Positions 13,714-14,154 of a stretch of 14,154 nt of DNA are shown in pieces. The notes under the pieces are model-generated. The model was not told where the DNA came from. It saw only the letters and a list, made by a program, of their open reading frames with translations, and made no database searches. Origin of the DNA: an uncultured Oscillospiraceae bacterium. Lineage in GTDB: Bacteria; Bacillota; Clostridia; Acetivibrionales; DTU013. Location: positions 1 to 14,154 of the forward strand of contig CAZQCL010000035.1 of assembly GCA_964592435.1 (NCBI GenBank). Reading direction: 5' to 3'. Every line of letters starts with the position of its first letter. Within the stretch, counting starts at the first letter, position 1. The position numbers were made by a program, and so were the translations under genes.

Positions 13714-14154
13714 TCAATATTCGTAAACCATCGAATACTGAGCTTGACTCTTTTCCATGCTGTATTTCTTGCCTGCTGCTTTCATTTGAGAATCGTAGCT
13801 TGTATCAACTATAATCCATTCACCGCTTTTGCTGTCATAAATTTCATTCCACGCGTGATAACCGTTTACTAGAGGAGAATAGCCCTTTATCAGCTTGGCA
13901 GGTATCCCCAGGCTCCTGAGCATCGCCGCCAGAGTGGCCGAGAAATCATAGCATATGCCCTTTCCATTGGCAAGAGTTTCATCTATATTGGGAAGGTAGG
14001 TTGTGGGCAATTTATTAAGCTTACTGTAGTCATATTGAACATTGCTTATAAGATATTGGTAGAGGGCATTTATTTTTTCCCTATCTGTTTTCATTCCCGC
14101 TGTAAGCTCGCCAGCCTTCTTTATGGCTTGCATTTCATTGTTCCAGTTGATGTT
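13714..14154 (-). CDS. transglutaminase-like cysteine protease superfamily protein, C-terminal part (5' end outside window)
   Basis: The frame stays open from the listed ATG (14133) to the window edge (NINWNNE upstream), so the gene is probably truncated by the window. The transglutaminase-core Cys-His-Asp arrangement is present: GKGICYDFSATLAAMLRSLGIPAKLIKGY ... GYHAWNEIY ... WIIVDTSYD. Confidence 0.7.
   Translation of the reverse strand, partial: NINWNNEMQAIKKAGELTAGMKTDREKINALYQYLISNVQYDYSKLNKLPTTYLPNIDETLANGKGICYDFSATLAAMLRSLGIPAKLIKGYSPLVNGYHAWNEIYDSKSGEWIIVDTSYDSQMKAAGKKYSMEKSQAQYSMVYEY

Noticed and set aside
1-14154. CRISPR arrays, tRNA/rRNA genes, IS/transposase or integrase genes, and long direct or inverted DNA repeats.
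   Set aside because: I saw none. The only recurring DNA motif is the prepilin N-terminal coding segment (GFTL[IV]EL) shared by the pilin genes, which is explained by protein homology.

Overview
Nearly the whole window (369-13592) is a single minus-strand type IV pilus (T4P) gene cluster that looks like a Clostridia/Firmicutes locus. All family calls come from reading motifs in the supplied translations; no database search was possible. The order along the direction of transcription is as follows. First comes pilA (major pilin) with its own promoter and a terminator-like hairpin. Next are a PilP/GspC-HR-like bitopic protein and a secreted protein made only of secretin N-terminal-type domains (N0 plus five N1-like repeats, no beta-barrel). 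Then follow pilT, pilC, pilM, pilN, pilO and pilB. The cluster ends with three minor pilins: a 675-aa PilV-like modular pilin with an F5/8 type C lectin domain, a PilW/GspJ-like pilin, and a 491-aa PilX/GspK-like protein with a beta-helix-like body. A 5'-truncated transglutaminase-like gene lies upstream (13714-14154, minus strand). At the left edge there is an ambiguous region with a plus-strand ORF fragment (1-357). I saw no rRNA, tRNA, CRISPR array, IS element or long DNA repeat. The most unusual content is the PilP-like plus secretin-N-only pair in a cluster that otherwise looks monoderm. This suggests a cell-envelope ring without an outer-membrane pore. The second most unusual item is the lectin-carrying giant minor pilin. 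Several ORF-track starts (GTG/TTG/ATG) were moved to downstream ATGs that have properly spaced Shine-Dalgarno sequences.
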